From a virus (lineage: Duplodnaviria > Caudoviricetes), in IMG/VR virus record IMGVR_UViG_3300020042_008470, positions 1 through 37,780 of that record: 37,780 nt of DNA; one strand, written 5' to 3'. This document shows positions 1 to 9,139 of this stretch, in pieces. Position 1 is the stretch's first letter. Every line of letters starts with the position of its first letter. The notes under the pieces were generated by a model. The model was not told where the DNA came from and ran no database searches. It saw only the letters and a list, made by a program, of their open reading frames with translations. A program made the translations under genes and the position numbers.

Positions 1-121
1 ACGGCTACGGCAACGGCGACGGCAACGGCTACGGCGGGTAGTTATGGGTCCAAATAATCTGACTGAGTTTTTCTTAGGGTTTTTTAATCTAGTTATAATG
101 CTCGCCTATGTCGGGTTTTTA
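1..121. repeat. Terminal direct repeat, left copy (identical to 37660-37780)
   Basis: Base-by-base identity of acggctacgg...cgggttttta at both ends. Typical of a circular assembly overlap, giving a unit genome of 37,659 bp. Confidence 0.95.
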
Positions 122-151
122 ATGTTTTTATTTAACGTGGTGTTTTCATGA
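44..151 (+). CDS. Small hydrophobic membrane peptide, 35 aa (not in ORF track)
   Basis: Manual translation MGPNNLTEFFLGFFNLVIMLAYVGFLMFLFNVVFS*; ATGA overlap with ssb start. Confidence 0.6.
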   Translation: MGPNNLTEFFLGFFNLVIMLAYVGFLMFLFNVVFS

Positions 152-456
152 ACATAGCTATAATTGTAGGAAATCTGGCACAAGACCCAGAAATTAAAAA
201 ACTTGGCGAAAAATATGTGGTGACTTTAAGGCTTGCAACAAACGAGGGGAATCTTGCAACCGAATATCACACAGTTAAAGTCTACACAAAATATACCGCC
301 AAATTTGCAGACTACCAAAAAGGTGACCTTATAATGGTTGACGGATCTGTACAAAATCGCTCGTATGAAGTTGAGGGGAACAAGCGATGGGTAACAGAGA
401 TCAACGGCAAAAAGGTAGCGAAACTAAACAAAAGGCCGAAAACAGAAGAATGGTAG
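148..456 (+). CDS. ssb: Single-stranded DNA-binding protein
   Basis: OB-fold SSB motifs: IVGNLAQDPE, LRLATNE, KGDLIMVDGSVQNRSYE, RWVTEI. Confidence 0.9.
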   Translation: MNIAIIVGNLAQDPEIKKLGEKYVVTLRLATNEGNLATEYHTVKVYTKYTAKFADYQKGDLIMVDGSVQNRSYEVEGNKRWVTEINGKKVAKLNKRPKTEEW

Positions 457-797
457 TACTAGCTACCGACATTCTAGACGGCAAAGTGTTCACCTCACGA
501 CATCTCTGGGTCTTGTGCCAGGGCGATGAAAACAAATGGCTAAACCTAATGTCATCTGTTTTTAGCTCTGAAAATGTTGCAAATCGGTTAAAAGAATTAA
601 AAGAATTATACGTGTCTGATCTTTTTGAAGGTGTGATATTTTATCAATACATCGACAAATCACAAATACCGTTTGATAAGGAAAATGTTACAGAAACGCA
701 TATTCCTTTATTTAAAGAAATAGAATTCATCTATGGACAAGATGTCAAAGATCTTGATAAAAACCTAACGACTATGTATAAAGAGCGCCTCAACTAG
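387..797 (+). CDS. Hypothetical protein (true start possibly ATG at 450)
   Basis: ORF track; fills the gap between ssb and the Gp157-like gene. Confidence 0.6.
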   Translation: MGNRDQRQKGSETKQKAENRRMVVLATDILDGKVFTSRHLWVLCQGDENKWLNLMSSVFSSENVANRLKELKELYVSDLFEGVIFYQYIDKSQIPFDKENVTETHIPLFKEIEFIYGQDVKDLDKNLTTMYKERLN

Positions 798-803
798 AGG
801 TGT

Positions 804-1319
804 GTGGTGGATAAAAAGTCATTAATAGCGTTGGCCAAAGAGTCAGCCGAAATCGAACGTATAATCATCGAAAGTGAAGGCGAACTAACGCCAGACGTAG
901 AACAAGCCCTTGCGGTCAGTGAAATAACTTTACCCGACAAGGTTGAGGGCTATCACAACATTCTAGAACGTGTAGAGTTAATGACTGAGCATTACAAGCG
1001 ACAAGCTGAGTTTTTCGCTAAACTTAAAAAATCATGTGAAAACTTTGAAAAGGCTTTAAAAGAAAACATTAAAACCGCCATGCGCATAACAAAAACCGAC
1101 GAAATTCAGGGCAATACAATTGTTTATAAATTATGCCCATCGACGCCAAGCCTAGTCGTGTTTGACAAAGAGGCGTTGCCGGCTGAATACAAAAAACAAG
1201 TAGTTGAAACCGTGGTCGACAACAAAAGAATTAAAGAGCATTTAAGTGCGGGCTTAAGCGTTGATGGGGCCAGACTTGACCCAACCGACTCGCTACGAAA
1301 GTTTGGTAAAAAAATATGA
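804..1319 (+). CDS. Siphovirus Gp157-like protein
   Basis: Coiled-coil N-terminus, DKVEGY, C-terminal LPAEY..VDNKRIKEHL..G..VDGARL; lies with erf and ssb as is typical. Confidence 0.75.
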   Translation: MVDKKSLIALAKESAEIERIIIESEGELTPDVEQALAVSEITLPDKVEGYHNILERVELMTEHYKRQAEFFAKLKKSCENFEKALKENIKTAMRITKTDEIQGNTIVYKLCPSTPSLVVFDKEALPAEYKKQVVETVVDNKRIKEHLSAGLSVDGARLDPTDSLRKFGKKI

Positions 1320-1885
1320 TCTTTAGAATTATTTTTTCGGTTTTTACTTGGCTTGGCTTTGCGGTTTTTATTCGCTTGCCGTTAATTTTAATTGGCTTTG
1401 TCACTGTGCCCTTGGCGCTTTTGTTTCGGGCTTATCGACAAGAAGAGAGTCGTTATCACGTGGGCCGTCCTATCTACGTTTTTACGTGGCCATTTATGCT
1501 GCCATGGAACAACCCAGAAGATGGGTTTTGTTATAGCGGTTATTTTAACAATGGTTTTATTTTAACTTCACTTCGCTGGACGCTGATTAGAAACCCAGTC
1601 AATGGCTTGCGAGAGGTGCCTTTTTTATCGTGCAAAATTGAGCCGACAAAAGTGCGCCATGTTGGTTCGCTTGACGACATAAAGCTTTACGACACAAAAA
1701 TAGAGCAATGCTTTTATTGTTGGCATGGGCTTTACTCATGCTTTTATTGGCAATTCGATTTTTACGGTTTACGCAGACTTTGGATCGGTTGGGCCTTATA
1801 TCCGCAAGATAGTTTAGGATTAAGCCCGACAAGTTATAGAAGATTTGGCGCTGGGTTTAAAAGTCAGTTTAAACGTGTGAAATAA
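1316..1885 (+). CDS. Membrane-anchored aromatic-rich phage protein, unknown function
   Basis: N-terminal TM segment; W..RNP and RLWIGW motifs; ATGA coupling. Confidence 0.7.
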   Translation: MIFRIIFSVFTWLGFAVFIRLPLILIGFVTVPLALLFRAYRQEESRYHVGRPIYVFTWPFMLPWNNPEDGFCYSGYFNNGFILTSLRWTLIRNPVNGLREVPFLSCKIEPTKVRHVGSLDDIKLYDTKIEQCFYCWHGLYSCFYWQFDFYGLRRLWIGWALYPQDSLGLSPTSYRRFGAGFKSQFKRVK

Positions 1886-1937
1886 TTTACTGCCCTAGTG
1901 GTTTTGTGGTTTTGGGTTTGGAGAGGTCGAATTAGAG

Positions 1938-2408
1938 GTGAGTATGAAAATCTTGGATATGTCAGCTGGCAATCGGGCGATATGGTTTAATAAGACCCAC
2001 CCGTCAGCTGTATACTTGGATAAACGCGAAAGTGTTAAGCCTGATTTTATTTGCGACACAAAAAGCATACCCGAAAATGTAGGTAAAGATTTTGACCTGG
2101 TGGTTTTTGACCCGCCTCATTTAAACACTGGCAAAAATTCAAACATGGCGAAAGTTTACGGGCATCACACGACGCAAGAAATTTTGTCCACAATCGAAGG
2201 ATCTGGCAAAGAGGCCCATAGAATTACAAAAGAAAATGCGTTGATGGCCTTAAAATGGAATACGCACGACATAAAATTGGATCGAGTTTTTAAACTGTTG
2301 CCTGATTGGGAGCCTCTTTTTGGGCACCTAACAAAAGATGGCCCAAGATCACAAACTTATTGGGTGATGCTTAGGCGTTTAACCACCCCGACAAGCGAAG
2401 AGGCGTAA
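1938..2408 (+). CDS. Small SAM-dependent methyltransferase, probably DNA amino-methyltransferase (start likely ATG 1944)
   Basis: ILDMSAG (SAM motif I) and FDLVVFDPPH (motif IV). Confidence 0.85.
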   Translation: MSMKILDMSAGNRAIWFNKTHPSAVYLDKRESVKPDFICDTKSIPENVGKDFDLVVFDPPHLNTGKNSNMAKVYGHHTTQEILSTIEGSGKEAHRITKENALMALKWNTHDIKLDRVFKLLPDWEPLFGHLTKDGPRSQTYWVMLRRLTTPTSEEA

Positions 2409-2573
2409 ATGAGCTACGAAGAACGTTTAAAATTTTGGATTAACTTACTTGAAATGGAAGTCGAAGCCTTGCGCTCAGTATTGTCAGAATGCGACAGCGA
2501 TAAATTGGAACATACGCAGATGGTAAAAGCTAATGCGATTGAAGAACTTAAGAACTGTTTGGTGCGACCATGA
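2409..2573 (+). CDS. Hypothetical protein, 54 aa (not in ORF track)
   Basis: Manual translation MSYEERLKFWINLLEMEV...; abuts the upstream stop and has an ATGA overlap downstream. Confidence 0.6.
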   Translation: MSYEERLKFWINLLEMEVEALRSVLSECDSDKLEHTQMVKANAIEELKNCLVRP

Positions 2574-2701
2574 CTAACCTTCGCGACTGGCAGAAAAAGG
2601 CGAGAAAAGAAGCTGAGGTCGCGGCGTACGCCGAATTAGGCCGCACCACGCAAGCCCAAGTGCAGGGGCTTGTAGAAAAGTTGGTGAAAGATGAAAGTTA
2701 A
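2570..2701 (+). CDS. Hypothetical protein, 43 aa (not in ORF track)
   Basis: Manual translation MTNLRDWQKKARKEAEVAAYAELGRTTQAQVQGLVEKLVKDES*; overlaps neighbours on both sides. Confidence 0.55.
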   Translation: MTNLRDWQKKARKEAEVAAYAELGRTTQAQVQGLVEKLVKDES

Positions 2702-3131
2702 TCTGGATGATTGGAGAGATGCAGAAATGAGTGACGATAAAAAACCAATGAAATACGCCTACAATAAAATTACAAAAAAGTTTTTAGAGTTAGGCGATTG
2801 CCCGCATACAGGCGCGTTTGACGCCTTTTACTTAGATCCCGGGTGGATTGTGCTAAGGGATTACTTAGAGGCTGGGCGAACTATTGCGGCGCTTAAAAAA
2901 GAAAATGAAGAGTTGAATAAAAACATACAGCTTTTGGCGCACACAAATAAAGTCATGTCAGATGAAGTTTGTCTTTACATAAAAGAAAACGCCTCACTCC
3001 GCGCCTCGTTGAAATTGGCGGTTGAGGTCATAAAGTCTGTTATGTTAACATCAAGCGAAGGCAGTGAAAAGCACGAATGGTGCAAAGATGTTTTAGAGGC
3101 AATAAACGCCAAGCATGGTGACATCAAATAG
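2691..3131 (+). CDS. Hypothetical coiled-coil protein
   Basis: ORF track; operon continuity. Confidence 0.6.
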   Translation: MKVNLDDWRDAEMSDDKKPMKYAYNKITKKFLELGDCPHTGAFDAFYLDPGWIVLRDYLEAGRTIAALKKENEELNKNIQLLAHTNKVMSDEVCLYIKENASLRASLKLAVEVIKSVMLTSSEGSEKHEWCKDVLEAINAKHGDIK

Positions 3132-3152
3132 AACATAGGCTTTGATTTATAA

Positions 3153-3617
3153 ATGAAGCCTGACTTTTATATTTACTTGCCAGTCGATAAACACATTTCA
3201 AAAAAAAACAATCGCCCAATATGGCGCGGCCGCATTGGCAAATCAAAAGATTTACAAAATGCCGAAAAATACCTAACCCTTGCGTTTAAGTCGCGCAAAA
3301 ACGAATTAAAACTAAACACTTTACGTGGCGACATCTGGGTCATATTTAGGTTTTATTTTAAAAACTATCACACAAAACAGGGCGTCCGATCTGACCGGGT
3401 CAATGACTTATCTAACCTCTACGAATTGCCACAAGATTGTTTACAAGAGGCCGGCGTTATAGAAAATGACTCAGACATTGTGTCTCACGATAGGTCGCGA
3501 AGATTGCCAGGCAAAGAAAACGCCCTTGAAATAGAAATTTATAGTTTTAAAGAGTTTGAGCGCTTACCAACGCAAAGCACATGCCCAGTTTGTCAGTGCG
3601 CAATGCCGCCGATGTAA
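3153..3617 (+). CDS. rusA: RusA-like Holliday junction resolvase
   Basis: SKKN motif and DLSNL..LPQDCLQEAGVIENDSDIV, matching the RusA D-x-D-N...D...DD pattern. Confidence 0.8.
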   Translation: MKPDFYIYLPVDKHISKKNNRPIWRGRIGKSKDLQNAEKYLTLAFKSRKNELKLNTLRGDIWVIFRFYFKNYHTKQGVRSDRVNDLSNLYELPQDCLQEAGVIENDSDIVSHDRSRRLPGKENALEIEIYSFKEFERLPTQSTCPVCQCAMPPM

Positions 3618-3916
3618 CCCAAGAATAGCGCTGTTACAAACCAAGGCCAAATTTGCTTTTCTTCCGCTTCACACGGCACCGGGTTTTGATCTTTGTAACG
3701 ACACACGTCTAGCTCTTGTTTGTAGTACATGTAGCGCTCGTGTGGAACTAAAACGCCATTCCACGGAGCTTCGTCATTCGTTTGAAGTATTTTTTCTTGC
3801 GGCCCAATCTTTATTTGACTGATCGACCACGGACTGAACGTCAGTATTACGGTAATGATCAGCAATAGCGTCCAGATCTTTTTTCCATTTTTCTTCTCTA
3901 AGTCGTCTAATCTCAT
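3593..3916 (-). CDS. Lysis-cassette envelope protein, possible spanin component
   Basis: N-terminal signal/TM and C-terminal TM; overlaps the Rz-like gene out of frame; no lipobox Cys. Confidence 0.45.
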   Translation of the reverse strand: MRLDDLEKKNGKKIWTLLLIITVILTFSPWSISQIKIGPQEKILQTNDEAPWNGVLVPHERYMYYKQELDVCRYKDQNPVPCEAEEKQIWPWFVTALFLGYIGGIAH

Positions 3917-4037
3917 CGTTTAAACCCTTATTTCTATTCCATAAAATGGCGGCCCATGTGCAAAGCATAAACGTCAAACCTGAAATGACGATTGTCACGA
4001 AGCTACTCAGCAACGCCATTTTTCTTTGCCAGAACAT
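3774..4037 (-). CDS. Rz-like inner-membrane spanin candidate
   Basis: N-terminal TM followed by coiled coil; follows endolysin and holin. Confidence 0.5.
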   Translation of the reverse strand: MFWQRKMALLSSFVTIVISGLTFMLCTWAAILWNRNKGLNDEIRRLREEKWKKDLDAIADHYRNTDVQSVVDQSNKDWAARKNTSNE

Positions 4038-4194
4038 TCATGCCGGAATATAACGCCACAAGTGACGAGCTGGCACCTAAAACCATCATTAAAATTTCGT
4101 CGCCAATCTCAAGTTTTTTGTAAAGAATTGGCAAAACCAGAACGATTAGCGTTTGCACGACCGTAAGAATAAATTTGCGACTACCCCACTTCAT
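4003..4194 (-). CDS. Holin candidate (2 TM)
   Basis: SRKFIL start and two hydrophobic helices; directly after the endolysin. Confidence 0.65.
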   Translation of the reverse strand: MKWGSRKFILTVVQTLIVLVLPILYKKLEIGDEILMMVLGASSSLVALYSGMNVLAKKNGVAE

Positions 4195-4657
4195 TTTTAA
4201 CCCCTAAAGCTATTTTAAATTTATCAACATATTGTTGGTTAACGTAAAGCCCATCTTTTTTTCTAGGGCTTCCGGCGTTGTATGCCGCCACAGCATCCAT
4301 AGTATAATTATATTTACCGAGTAGTTGGCGAAATTTTAAAAGACCATACTTAAGGCCAATTTCAGGACGTGTTAACGTAAGTAAGCTCTCGGTTAAACCG
4401 CTCTCACGCGCAACCGCTCCCATGCACTGCATTAAGCCAAAAGATGTACATTGTAATACGTTTTCAGTTTCAAATGTGACGCCGTTTAGTTTTGAAAAGT
4501 ATGCGGGTTTGTAAATCCATTTGTAGTAAGGCTCATATCTAGCGGCCCACGCATCCCAATTACTTTCGATTTGTATAATTGCACAAATCCAGTCATAGCG
4601 AATGTTCATTTCTTCTGACATTTTTATAGCTAATGCCTGCAAATCTTCTTTTGTCAT
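4181..4657 (-). CDS. Endolysin, SLT-type lytic transglycosylase
   Basis: IIQIES (catalytic Glu), SFGLMQ, AVAAYNAG. Confidence 0.9.
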   Translation of the reverse strand: MTKEDLQALAIKMSEEMNIRYDWICAIIQIESNWDAWAARYEPYYKWIYKPAYFSKLNGVTFETENVLQCTSFGLMQCMGAVARESGLTESLLTLTRPEIGLKYGLLKFRQLLGKYNYTMDAVAAYNAGSPRKKDGLYVNQQYVDKFKIALGVKNEVG

Positions 4658-4845
4658 ATCGATGTTTTTTTATCTTCGTCAGTTTCGCGTGGATACTCAT
4701 CTTGTGGTTTTGGCAAATAACTATCTGCATGACGCTTTCGTCTTTTTTTAAGAGAGTCTGACAAAACGTCCTTTTCAGGGTTTTTTTTTGGATCATAATC
4801 GTCTTTCAATAAAAATGAGTTGTCAATTGACGCGAAATTATTCAT
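4654..4845 (-). CDS. Small charged hypothetical protein
   Basis: Overlap-coupled between the ejection gene and the endolysin. Confidence 0.5.
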   Translation of the reverse strand: MNNFASIDNSFLLKDDYDPKKNPEKDVLSDSLKKRRKRHADSYLPKPQDEYPRETDEDKKTSI

Positions 4846-6607
4846 CTTCTTTGGTCCCCAATAACCCAGCCGCTCGCGGTGCCGTAGAATACTTAAGTCG
4901 CGACTTAACCTCTGACGCCATTTTCTCGATGTCCGTTCGTGGCATGTTTTTGTTTAGTTCACGATTTATAACCTTAGAATAATAACCCTTAAATTTGTCA
5001 GGGTTATCTAAAATATATTTTCTGGCACTTGCTGACAACTCGGTCCACCAACGTGTAGGGCTAAATGGTGTAAACGCGACAAACTCACGGCCCTCAGGTG
5101 TGCCGCTTGGGCCAACCTTTTGATATGTGGCGTTGTATACGGTCTCGATGTCTTTTAAAGCCTGATCGGCCTCTTTACCAAAGATTAGCTCTTTAGCCTC
5201 GGGCGACATTTTTCTAGCATTACTGACAAGCTTAGAAATTGAAACCTCACCCTTGGTCACCGACTTATTGTATATGTCTGCAACCTTCGCTTTTCTCATA
5301 ACTTCAAACGACTCAGGAAATTGTTTTTCTAGCGCTTTTAAATTTTTAACATTTGATGGGTTAAATAATTTTGATACAAACTTCTCATCTGGCATTGATT
5401 CCATTTTGCGAATAAAATCACCATAGCTTTTTACGTTACCCATACCAGACGCGCGGCCAATCTCTTGTAAATCTTTAGAAACCTGAGAGTAAATTTTATT
5501 AGCCTTTTTGATCTCGCCGATCATTTCTTTGGCCACAGACCGGCCATGCTTAGGGTTTGCCGCCGCATCTAGAGCCGATCTTGTAATAGAGTTTTGTTCT
5601 AATTTGCTTAACCGTCCGTACATTTCGCCAGAAACCTCTCTCATTGTTGGCGATAGATTTTGATCACTAAACTGCTTGCCGACATACGACCTTAGATTGC
5701 GCAACTCTTCTAAGCTTTTAACCGATCTTAAGTTATCTGAAATTTGTCTAGCAAAGCCGGCCTCTTGTGACCCCTTAATTTTGGCAAATGGTAGGCCTTC
5801 AATATTTCGTGCAATTCTCTCGCTACTTTGTGGCGAAACGACAATGGCCCGAGCGTCGCCCTCAAGCTTTTTGTAAATCTCTTGCGCCGGCTCTACGTCT
5901 TTTAATATTTTCGCCTTGGCTGACTCTTTGGCCCGACCGGCCATTTGAATTTGTGACTCTGCCGTTTTGCCAGATGATAGCGCACCCTCACCGGCCGACT
6001 TTAAACCCTCTTGAACGTTTTCTAATTGTGTCGCTACCTGTTGGCCTGAATTTGTTGGCGTTTGCGCTAGACCTGATTCCATTTTTTGTACAAATTTATC
6101 GTCTGTTAGCATTCCACGAGTAGGCGTAACTCCAAGGCGCTCACCGGCTTCGGTAATTAGCGGGGCCGTTTCTTTGGCCGGTGCGCCCATGCGACCTAAA
6201 ATCCGCTCGGCCGGTTCTTTTACATACTTGCCAACCATGCCCGCGCCCTTGCCCACTAACCCGCCGACGCCCGCGCCGGCAGCTTCAAACGCGGCCTCTT
6301 TTATTGGCCCGGCATATATATCTTCTCTTGTTTTTTCATCGCCCAACATCGACTCGCCAATATTTTGTAACGCCTTACCACCGGCCGCGCCCAACATCCC
6401 GCCGCCCAAAATGCCGGCTGGGTTTAATGAAAGAGACCCAATGGCCCCACCGGCCAAAGCGCCGGCGGCAGGCAGTGCTTTTAAAGCACCGCGACCGTAT
6501 CTTTCAAGAGCGCCCATTTCTGGCACCGCTGACTTTGCAAGATAAGCGTCCGGGTCAAACCCGCCAGATTTTTTAGCTAAATATTCGTCAGGGTTAAAAC
6601 CGCTCAT
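4838..6607 (-). CDS. Putative DNA ejection / internal virion protein
   Basis: Repeated GF(N/D)PDxYLAK N-terminus, Gly-Ala hydrophobic segment, helical body; podovirus position after tail genes. Confidence 0.65.
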   Translation of the reverse strand: MSGFNPDEYLAKKSGGFDPDAYLAKSAVPEMGALERYGRGALKALPAAGALAGGAIGSLSLNPAGILGGGMLGAAGGKALQNIGESMLGDEKTREDIYAGPIKEAAFEAAGAGVGGLVGKGAGMVGKYVKEPAERILGRMGAPAKETAPLITEAGERLGVTPTRGMLTDDKFVQKMESGLAQTPTNSGQQVATQLENVQEGLKSAGEGALSSGKTAESQIQMAGRAKESAKAKILKDVEPAQEIYKKLEGDARAIVVSPQSSERIARNIEGLPFAKIKGSQEAGFARQISDNLRSVKSLEELRNLRSYVGKQFSDQNLSPTMREVSGEMYGRLSKLEQNSITRSALDAAANPKHGRSVAKEMIGEIKKANKIYSQVSKDLQEIGRASGMGNVKSYGDFIRKMESMPDEKFVSKLFNPSNVKNLKALEKQFPESFEVMRKAKVADIYNKSVTKGEVSISKLVSNARKMSPEAKELIFGKEADQALKDIETVYNATYQKVGPSGTPEGREFVAFTPFSPTRWWTELSASARKYILDNPDKFKGYYSKVINRELNKNMPRTDIEKMASEVKSRLKYSTAPRAAGLLGTKEDE

Positions 6608-7455
6608 TATTGACCCAGCCTTTTCATAATTTCTTTTGATCGTGGGTCATTAGGGTTAGATTGTGCCCACTGCATAGCTTGTTGATCCTCGGGCGACATT
6701 TGTTTAGCTTGCGCCTGTTGTGGACTTATACCCTGACCGACCAAACCTTGTTTTTTTTGATATTCAAAAGCGCGACCGGCCTCTTGTTCGATGCCCTGAG
6801 TTGCTGCCATTCTATTTTGGCGTTTTTGTTGTAAAACTTCCGGTGTATCGCCAACTCGAGGAAAATATTGTAAAGCTGCGTTTTCAAATTCGCCTGGGCT
6901 AATTGCGGCACCTGACTCACGTCGCAAAACCGAGTTGATAAAATTGCGCTCGGCTTGTTCTTGTTGTCCTGACTCTTTGCTTTTAGCGACCGGCAAAAAT
7001 CCACTTACTTTAGACCGAATACCCTCACCAACCGAAGCCCGGTCATAACCGCCTGACTCAAGTTTGTTAAAAATGTTTTCAGAGTCTTGCATACGCTTTG
7101 CAAACGTGACGGCTTTTCGCTCGCCTTCGGTGCCCCGGGCCTTTTCTTGATTTTCAGTTTGCAGGTTTTGAAGCTGCATTTGCTTAATTAAGCCATGCAT
7201 TGGGTCCGAAGCTTGTCGCGCTTGCATAACCGACTCATTAACGTCAGCGCCAATAATTCTAGTGCCGGCTTCATCGTATTTTGGCAAAAGCCCGGACTTG
7301 TAAAAATCGGCCTCAAGTGATTGCTGACGAAAGGCCCGATCGGCCTCAGACTGTGCTAACTGGGCGTCACGATCTTTTTTACGCTCTGACGCTTGAAAGT
7401 ATGAACCGATGCCTTGTTGTAGGGCGTTTATCAGCCCTGGGGTATAGTCAGCCAT
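6607..7455 (-). CDS. Putative internal virion / ejection protein
   Basis: Q-rich helical protein with LRRESGAAIS..E.....YFP..GD motif; synteny. Confidence 0.6.
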   Translation of the reverse strand: MADYTPGLINALQQGIGSYFQASERKKDRDAQLAQSEADRAFRQQSLEADFYKSGLLPKYDEAGTRIIGADVNESVMQARQASDPMHGLIKQMQLQNLQTENQEKARGTEGERKAVTFAKRMQDSENIFNKLESGGYDRASVGEGIRSKVSGFLPVAKSKESGQQEQAERNFINSVLRRESGAAISPGEFENAALQYFPRVGDTPEVLQQKRQNRMAATQGIEQEAGRAFEYQKKQGLVGQGISPQQAQAKQMSPEDQQAMQWAQSNPNDPRSKEIMKRLGQ

Positions 7456-7970
7456 TAGCCACCTCCCAATAGTCCACCAACGCCGCCGCCGATACCTGCG
7501 CCCACGGCCCCGCCAACTCCGGGCGCAATCATATTGCCTATAACCGCGCCGCCGATGGATCCAGCTATCCCGCCGATGCCGCCTTTGCCGGCACTTTTGC
7601 GTGCTTTACGTTCTGCCGCTCGCTGTTGTTCGGCCGCTTTGGCCCCCATAATACTACGTGCTCGCATATCCATTAATTGCTGCGGTTCCACCATGCGCTC
7701 GGCATATTCAAGCGGCATGTTTCTTTGACGAGAGTCTGATATGTCGCCCACCTGCTCGGCACTTTGCGCTTGAAGTTTTTGTGCAAGCCCGCCAGACAAC
7801 GCCGGCCCACCGCCGCCAAAGCTGGTTTTATTTTGTGATAAATAATCCATATATTTTTGCCGCATAGCCTCGGGCGACTCAGCCGCCGCACGGTCTAGAT
7901 ACAATCCTAGTGCATTTTTAGACGTGGCTAATTCATCCTGGCCTGTTTTAAGTTTTTCGCCAAACTTCAT
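7455..7970 (-). CDS. Putative DNA pilot / ejection protein
   Basis: C-terminal glycine zipper GGIAGSIGGAVIG...GAGIGGGVGGLLG. Confidence 0.55.
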   Translation of the reverse strand: MKFGEKLKTGQDELATSKNALGLYLDRAAAESPEAMRQKYMDYLSQNKTSFGGGGPALSGGLAQKLQAQSAEQVGDISDSRQRNMPLEYAERMVEPQQLMDMRARSIMGAKAAEQQRAAERKARKSAGKGGIGGIAGSIGGAVIGNMIAPGVGGAVGAGIGGGVGGLLGGG

Positions 7971-8794
7971 GCTAAACCCCCGTAATTTTTATAGCTTCCA
8001 CCACTTACAACTTGCTGCCCCGGCTGTTGAGTTAACTTGCCGGCCTGGCCACCCAAATAACTACCCGCCGCCTGACCGATCAACCCCATATAGCCGGCCT
8101 GATTACTCATCAAACCCTGAGTTGCACGATCACGTGCCTGTTGCACACCTTGAGAATACTGAGATTGTGCCTCTGATAAATTGGCGGCTGATTTAAGCGG
8201 ATTAACCGCCATAGACTGCGCTGCCTTTTCTGCCCCGCTTGCTATGTCACCGACACCTTGCGTGTATGCCGACTGCGCGCGATTAGCGGCCTCACCCTCG
8301 CTTTTTTGTCGTCGACCGCTGTACAACATACCCCTTGCGTTTTCGTTGGCCTTGATCGTGCCACGCGCTTCGGCTAATTGTGATGAAAGTGATTTTTTAA
8401 GAGCGCCGGCCTCTTGTTGAACGTATGTAGGAAGGTTTCGTCTGAAATCATCGGCCGCGCTTAGTTGATTTTGTTGTAATGTCTTTTGTTGAGCGGCCGC
8501 GTTGGCTCGCGTTTGATTGCGCGAATATAGCGCATACCCGCGGTCGCCCTCAGTCATAAACCGAACAATGTCTTTTAGCTCGTTTTCAGCCGCCCCACTA
8601 TTAAGGCCGCCCGTTCTGTATTTAGTGAGTTGAGCCATAAGCTCTGGGCTTTTTTTAAGAGCATCCAGCATGGCGCCTGAGTTTCGCTGTTTAAAGCCGC
8701 CAACGTCAACGCCCTGGCCAAACATATACTTGTTAAAAGCCGCGCGAAGTTTTTTATCATTACTGGCCTTCATGCCGGCGTTTGGTATATTCAC
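7967..8794 (-). CDS. Putative internal virion protein
   Basis: A/Q-rich helical, RGMLYSG motif; GGGG SD upstream. Confidence 0.55.
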   Translation of the reverse strand: MNIPNAGMKASNDKKLRAAFNKYMFGQGVDVGGFKQRNSGAMLDALKKSPELMAQLTKYRTGGLNSGAAENELKDIVRFMTEGDRGYALYSRNQTRANAAAQQKTLQQNQLSAADDFRRNLPTYVQQEAGALKKSLSSQLAEARGTIKANENARGMLYSGRRQKSEGEAANRAQSAYTQGVGDIASGAEKAAQSMAVNPLKSAANLSEAQSQYSQGVQQARDRATQGLMSNQAGYMGLIGQAAGSYLGGQAGKLTQQPGQQVVSGGSYKNYGGLA

Positions 8795-8803
8795 TCTATC
8801 CCC

Positions 8804-9139
8804 CTAAAATAAAAACACTCTTGCGGTGCCGATTGCAGAACTGCGCAAATAAGCAAAAGAGTTGTCGTTTGCCCTTGTCGCGTCGTAAATAACCATTTCT
8901 GCACTTAATCCACATACAAAATAATTTTGCGGCACAAACGCCAGTTGGTGTCTCACTTGCGTGTCCGTGTTTGCGGCCGTGAATTGAACCGTTACAAGCC
9001 CACCTTTTAAGTTTTCACTAACCGCAACGTTCTTGTTAATTACAGAGTATATGTCTTTTAAAAAAATAGTAATGGCGGCCATTTTTTGGTCTGGGTCCTC
9101 AATATTGTCAACATTCCACCAATTTCTAGGAAGCGCCAT
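8804..9139 (-). CDS. Tail accessory protein
   Basis: TAATG-coupled after the nozzle genes; VRHQLAFVP motif. Confidence 0.5.
   Translation of the reverse strand: MALPRNWWNVDNIEDPDQKMAAITIFLKDIYSVINKNVAVSENLKGGLVTVQFTAANTDTQVRHQLAFVPQNYFVCGLSAEMVIYDATRANDNSFAYLRSSAIGTARVFLF

Noticed and set aside
1-121. Biological terminal repeat of the packaged DNA
   Set aside because: The length and mid-gene position in a low-complexity region fit an assembler k-mer overlap; real termini cannot be inferred.
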